Shown in pieces: positions 58,070 through 64,000 of a stretch of DNA of 64,000 nt (positions are counted from its first letter, which is position 1; each line of letters starts with the position of its first letter). The stretch is taken from the NCBI GenBank assembly GCA_907165135.1, contig OU015568.1, positions 16,751,208 to 16,815,207 of the forward strand. The letters run 5' to 3'. The notes under the pieces are model-generated. The model made no database searches. It had not been told where the DNA came from and saw only the letters and a program-made list of their open reading frames with translations. Position numbers and translations under genes: made by a program. Source of the stretch: Oikopleura dioica. Taxonomy: Eukaryota > Animalia > Chordata.

Positions 58070-58360
58070 TTGTTATATGATTTCGAAAAAAAATAGACAT
58101 TAAAATTGAATAAAAATCTATAAGAAAGATTCGAAAATCTACATTTTTGTAAGGCAGAATTTCAAAACTGTTCCTTTCCACCGTCTCCTCCATTGAATTG
58201 GCAAAAGTGATGATCTTTGTAGTTCTCAAAGAGGTACTGTTCGAGTTTACTGTATCCTCTCATCTGCACCCATCGGACTCGCCTCACGCACCCTAACCAT
58301 CTCATTTACTAAAACATAATTACGGCAATCAAAAAATCGATTCTAGTGCTTTCAAAAACG

Positions 58361-58433
58361 TGTTTCCATTGGGGATCGAACCCAAGACCTTTCGCGTGTA
58401 AAGCGAACGTGATAACCACTACACTATGGAAAC
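58361..58433 (-). tRNA. tRNA-Val (anticodon UAC)
   Basis: GTTTCCATAGTGTAGTGGTTATCACGTTCGCTTTACACGCGAAAGGTCTTGGGTTCGATCCCCAATGGAAACA folds as a cloverleaf; a TTTTT Pol III terminator follows. Confidence 0.97.
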
Positions 58434-58459
58434 GCTGAGCGGAGCAGTCAAAAGGGAAT

Positions 58460-59654
58460 CTAAGAAGCGGCCGTTTTTAATTCCAAATTTTTAACAGTAA
58501 ATTTTCCAGAAAGAGAACATTCAAAAAGATCGAAAGAATAAAGCTTTGATTTGTAGGGTTCGCAATTTTGCCACTTGAGGGCGCTAGGATTGTCTTTCGG
58601 ACTCCATCTGTAGCTTTTCCCATCGCTGCTGCTTTGGACTAGTCCTCGAAGATGACCTTTTGGAGTTCGACGGAGACTGATGATTGTTCCTTCCTGAGTT
58701 CCAAGGTGTTTTCGAGCTGGGTAGGGGAAGATATAGTGAAGCTCTCCGTCGATGGAAGCTTCGACAACTGATGATAAGAGGCTTTTCACTTCTTTTTCCT
58801 GAATTGAAGTTCAAGGTCTGATCTTTTTATCAGAAAAAAAGAAATGGAACTAGATTATCGCGATTGAAATCAAGGAAGAGTACTTTTTATGATCAAGCAA
58901 AATAGAGAGTTCTCAATTTAACGCGCGAATACTGCTGTAGTCTGTTTTTAACATAGAAAAGTAGACCCTTTTGAGAAATGTTAAATCTGTTCAAATGGCA
59001 ACCAGAAAGATTGGCGCGTTAAAATGGGTACTTTTGGGTTTTGCTTTTGGTTTGTTATTAGCAATCAGACTAAAAGCTGGGGTCGGCATCGGTGCCTCGA
59101 ATCATGGTGCCCCGCCCCGCCCCGCCCCGTTGTTATTTACCGAAGCTCGTGCCCCGCCCCGCCCCGCGTGCCCCGTGTTCCCCGAGTGCCCCGTTTTCAC
59201 CACAGTTTTAAGCAAATTTTTCAGATTTTCGATAGCCAAAAGGCTTCTAAAAGTTTTTTTGATAGTGTTTAAGGGTTCGAAAACGGCCTCGATAATAGAA
59301 ATCATTATTTTCAAGAAAAAAATCTTCAAATTTTGAGACAGTTTTTCGAAAATGAGCGACAAATCCATTTCTAGAACGTCAATTTTGCCAAAAATAGTGA
59401 AGCGGGGCACAACGGGGCACCCCACAATCGGTGCCCCGCCCCGCCCCGTTGTAAAAAACGGGGCATTCGGGGCAGCGCGGCGGGGCACGTGCCCCGGGCA
59501 CCGTGCACCGATGCCGACCCCAGACTAAAAGTACCTCGAAAATATGCTCCACTAATTTTCCATCAACAACTTGTCCCAGGACAAATTTACTGTTTGAGGA
59601 CGCTCTTTTGAGTACCAGAGAATTTACTCTCGAAAAAGAACGCAGGAACGACAT
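58460..59654 (-). CDS. Probable gene with a mitochondrial-targeting-like N-terminus; internal exons unresolved
   Basis: MSFLRSFSRVNSLVLKRASS exon ending at a GT donor, and a coding-like terminal exon at 58460-58800; starts about 100 nt after the SLU7 stop. Confidence 0.4.
59077..59523. mobile_element. hAT-type MITE with GC-rich subterminal repeats
   Basis: TIRs ctggggtcggcatcggtgc / gcaccgatgccgaccccag; 8-bp TSD actaaaag; many tgccccg (left) and cggggca (right) motifs. Confidence 0.92.
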
Positions 59655-59756
59655 GGAATCTGAAGATTTTGCTGACTTTTTATTTGTGTTTTTTTCTTTT
59701 TGAACATGTTAAATTTTAAAATTTGTTAAACGAACAGGCAGTAACAGAAGGAATTT

Positions 59757-62700
59757 TCATTTCGACAAGAAATTCGCCATTGGATCGGCTCGATTGACGC
59801 GAGTTCGTTTGAACGCTTCGAGCTCGGCTTCGGAGGGCTCAGATACAGCTTCCATTGAGTTGTACTTGCGCTTCCTCTCGTCTGTCGCCAGAAATTTGTC
59901 AACCTGAAGAATGAGTTCTTGATCTCAAGCCCCTTTTTTTGATGTTTTACCTCTTTGATTCTCTCCCGTTCTTTTCGAATAGCGTCTTCAATATCTTGTT
60001 CTCGTTTTTTATCCGCGTCCTTCTTCGCCTTCTTCGCCTCTTTTTTCGCTTTCTAGCAATTTTTCTAGCGCTTTTGAAAGGTAAATCTTCGACTTACTTT
60101 TTTGGCTTTTTTCTTCTCTTTTTTTGACATTTTCTTTTTGCTCTTTTGCTTCTCCTGGTGAATTTCCATCAACGACTTTCCTGCGTTTTCGTCTTCGCTT
60201 TCAGAACTAGAACTAGAGCTAGAATCGTCGCTGGAAGAATCTGATTTGGGATTCGCTTCTTCGCTTTTGATGATTTGCGGGACGAGTTTTGGGGGAGCCA
60301 TTTCGATCGCATTCGATTCTGTTGATCCTTTTCGCCCTTTTCATGAGTTGAAAATTTTTCAAAAAAAAGCTAGATAAGCTGAGATAAAAAAAAAAGGCTA
60401 AGCTGTGCTTAGCTGGGCGGTTTTCTCTTGAGCTAAGCAAATCTAAGCTGGAAATGTATTATTAGACCTAAGCTAAAATAAGGAAAGCTGAGCTACTATT
60501 TTTTGTGTTCAAGCTTAAGCTTAGCAAAGCCAAAAATTAGCTTAGATAATGCATGATTTTCTTTCTGAAATAATTTGAATCAACATCGTTAGGTCTAAGC
60601 TAAGCTTAGCTTTTATTGATAATTAATTATTTTTTGTCAAAGCTAAGTAGAGTAAAATTTTGGCTAAGCTTTTCCCCATCGAAAAGGATCAAATATGAAA
60701 CTGGCTAAGCTAGCATAGCTAAACTAAAATGAAATATTTGACCGAAGCTTGGGAAAGCGCCGCTTCTTCAGAAAAAAATAAGCTTAGCTTAGCCTGCAGC
60801 TTAGCAAGAGTTGAAAATTCACAACTCTTTCCTTCCTTATTGGCGATACAGTAAGAGTTCTTGACCGTCGACTTGCAACATTTGTAGCCCCAGTCGCCAG
60901 CGTCCCAGAAAGAGCCCCAAACGGCCGTGTGATTTCCGATGAGGACGTCTTCTTCGTAACGAGACTTAATTTTGGCTCGTTCTTGGCCTTTTATGACCTG
61001 GCCGGTTCGCGAGTATTCCACGTAGTTTTCTGTTTGCGCGAGGAGCAGCTCTTTTGGCGGCGCCTAAACGTTTGTTTTATTGCTCCGCGAGGGGCGCAAA
61101 TATAAATCGAGAAAAAAAATGAAAAAATGAGTGAAATTATAGAAAATCTCGTCTATGTCTCCGAAATTTGAAGAACTTATAAAATGAAGTAACTGTCATT
61201 TATCTCCGAAAAAACACCGAAGATACGGGTATAATCTAAAGTTTTTAACCAAAAACTCCCCATAAAAACTCTCTAGCTAATGAAACGATTCAATAATTTA
61301 ACGAATTTCACAAAATTGTTCTTGATATATTTTTATAAAATGAAAAAGCCGATATAAGACAAAGTTTCCATTACCCGTCACCACCTTCATTCCTAAAAAA
61401 AAAGCTCTCAAATTTATGAAAAAAATTGAATAATTTTATATTTAAAATGTTAAAACACCATTCCAAGATTCATCAAATATTCCACTCCATCCTCAAAAAT
61501 AAAATACCTAAAATAGTAAAAACTGACCTTCAAGTGTTCCATTCCTCCGTATTTGTCCAAAACCGACTGTTTCAATTTCTGCGAGTGATCCTTTTTCTTC
61601 TGCGTGTATGTTTTGCGCAAGACGGCGGCCTTGGTCGGCTCCGCTTGGAAATGAACGTCGACTCCCTTGTCCATCGCGTCCCAGGCGAAGACCTGCGCCT
61701 TGGCGAAATCGACAGACTCGCCAGTGTGGCGAACGAAGTTTTCTCCTGCGAAATCGACTTCGTCTGTTCCCTGGAAATTAAATAAAACCCAAATGAATGG
61801 AGAAATTAAAACTTGCCTTTTCAGTCTTTTCATAAGGATTTTCACGCATGGATCTTGTCTTTGGATCGTAAAAGGCAGATTCAGGGTCCAAATTACGCAG
61901 GTATTTGGCAGTATCTTCTCGGATTCGCAGGTTTCGGACGGAGACAGTTTGACGCTGGTCGACGTTCATTTGGTTGTGCATTTTCACTTCGTCTTCGTCG
62001 TATTTGTCGTCGTCTTTGTGCTCAGGTAAGGACTCGTCGATTGTGCCAGATTCGATTTCATTTTGAAGCCTGAAATAAATTTATAGCCGATAAATTCTAA
62101 TCATTCTTTTTTTGTAAAAAGAATATTCTGATTATTTTTTATCTCAATTACTTCTAAGAAATTCAATTCATATTTATTAAAATTCTGTCAACAGAAAATA
62201 TAATACCTTTTTAGGTACTTTTTAGGAAAGACTCTTTACACAGATCAAAAGTATAAAGAAATACAGATTAATTCAAGTAAAATCATAGGACTTTTACCAA
62301 TTGTCGGCGATTCAAAGTTTGATGCAACATTTTATAAAAACATATCGGGAATTCAACAGTGTTTTATTACGACGGGCAAATCCGTATTTATAGGCAAACA
62401 TAGCCAAAAGAGGGAGCTAAAAGTCCCGCTCAAACCGAGAAATAGTCAAACAAGGTGCTCCTTATCAAGATTGAAAATGCCAGCTCTCGCAGAGAGAGAG
62501 AGGCTAGTTTCTTACCGCGTCATCAAAAACCATTTACAGAGATGTGCTGGGCAATTTTTAAGTTTTGGGAAATGACATTTTGACAATTATAATTTTGGCT
62601 TCAAATTCTTTCTTACCTCTGAGCGTTGATGGCTTTTCTGGCAATATCAATCTTCTGATACTCTTCAAAAACTTCAAAGCGGTGTCTAGCCGGATCGTAT

Positions 62701-63744
62701 CCATTCCACCTGTCTCGTTTTCCCTCAAAACCAAGCTCCAAGTTCGGCTGAATATATTCGTCCGGTGCAATGTCTTCTCCCGTCCATTTTGCTCCTCGTT
62801 TTCGCGGCCGCTCGAGACAGTCCTTTTTCTTGTGCGTCATTGCGCCGCAATTTTCACAAGCGCCTTTTCGAAAACGAGTGGAGGATTTTTGAGCGGGCAT
62901 TCCTCGGTGGTACCAGTCTCCGATCGTGTGTTTGAGCGAGTCCTTGAGAGAGTTAGGTTTTGAATCGAGCTGAGCGAGCTGAGCCAGCTCGAAACCTGAG
63001 CTAGAGCATTCCTTAGAAATTCTAAGTTAGAATAGTAATCGGACTATCGTAGGTCAGCTCAGTCTGAGCCAAGTAAAGTTTGAGCGGAATTCGCTCAAGA
63101 CTCAAGTCTCGGCCAGTTAGTTGAATTCGAGGTAAATCTGCTCAGTTTGAGCCCGCTCAGCTCAATTTGAAATAGCGAAGCTGAATTTGAGCGAGCTCAG
63201 TTCATTTTGAGCTAGCTCAAATTATTTGAGCCTGCACGTCTTGAGCTTGCTAATCAATTGTCCGAGGTTGATCTGGAGCTAGCCTTGAGCTCAATTCTCG
63301 CGCAGCCTAATTTGAGCTAGCTCAGATTAGTTTGACCTTACTGAGCCGGGCTAATCTCTCAGTTTGAATCAGAAACCAGTTCCAACTGAGCTCGACTTGA
63401 ACACCTAAAGCCAGAAAAGTCTTCAGCTAAACTTTCCTCAAATCATAACTCCATTCCTTTGGTTTGTGCTGATGCGAGAGCGACGGTTTCTTTTCCTTGT
63501 CGATGTACCATGGAACGCTGGCGATGTAGCTTGGAATGTGTGGATTAATAATTTCGCCCTTTTCATCCTTTTCTGGCTGCGCCGTTCCGTCTTTTCGCGC
63601 CTCTTCGAGTTCTTTTTTCTCCCTCGCTTCGCTGCGGCTCAGTTTCTTGGGCACTTCCGCTTCCATCCGCCGCCGTTCAGCGTGAGTCAGCTGCTTCGGC
63701 TTTGGATAGAGCTTTCCAGGCTCGAACGATGGATCCATCACCAT
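59757..63744 (-). CDS. SLU7: Pre-mRNA splicing factor SLU7, multi-exon
   Basis: [15 protein letters not shown], zinc knuckle [68 protein letters not shown]. Confidence 0.96.
60365..60805. repeat. Intronic array of gctaag/cttagc motifs (decayed MITE-like)
   Basis: Dense ctaagc/gcttag/aagctt motifs in both orientations; taggtct and agaccta ends present. Confidence 0.65.
62954..63407. mobile_element. MITE-like element with gctcag/ctgagc motif arrays in a SLU7 intron
   Basis: Imperfect TIR taggttttgaatcgagct / agctcgacttgaacaccta; no TSD confirmed. Confidence 0.65.
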
Positions 63745-64000
63745 CTTCGTCGAATTCAAAATACGATTTTCTGAAAAGAAGATTTTTTAGTTTCTCGCTG
63801 AATTGGGAAATTTTTTGAAAAAAAATTTGGCAAAATTAACTTAAGCCGAGAAAATAATATGCTAAGCTGAACTAGTTGACGAATATCACCCAAAAAAGCC
63901 TTTCTAGCGAAGGTATTACTTTTGTATTTTTCATTTATTCAATATGAGAGGTATCAATGTTGAAGTGAATGGCAGAAAATAAAAATGAACAGAATTCAAA

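Noticed and set aside
59024-59488. Pro/Arg/Gly-rich ORFs
   Set aside because: Translations of the GC-rich subterminal repeats of the hAT MITE.

Overview
Eukaryotic, gene-dense, small-intron DNA, most consistent with the appendicularian tunicate Oikopleura dioica. This is an inference from introns of about 35-70 nt, several GA-AG introns, operon-like gene spacing and chordate-type housekeeping genes. Housekeeping genes: STIP1/HOP, a BIG1/2-type Sec7 ArfGEF, RNF25, AAMP, an MFSD8-like transporter, a PAP2 phosphatase, ATP5PO, RPL9, an Obg GTPase, SLU7 and tRNA-Val(UAC). Accessory content includes four paralogs of an atypical kinase / coiled-coil / unknown C-terminal domain gene at different stages of decay, and inverted duplicated fragments of neighbouring genes. 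There are also two large secreted modular proteins, a complete 1.7 kb non-autonomous LTR element, many hAT-type MITEs with 8-bp target-site duplications, and a hairpin-bearing minisatellite inside a TIR element. Exon boundaries were inferred by eye, so multi-exon coordinates are gene spans and some ends are approximate.
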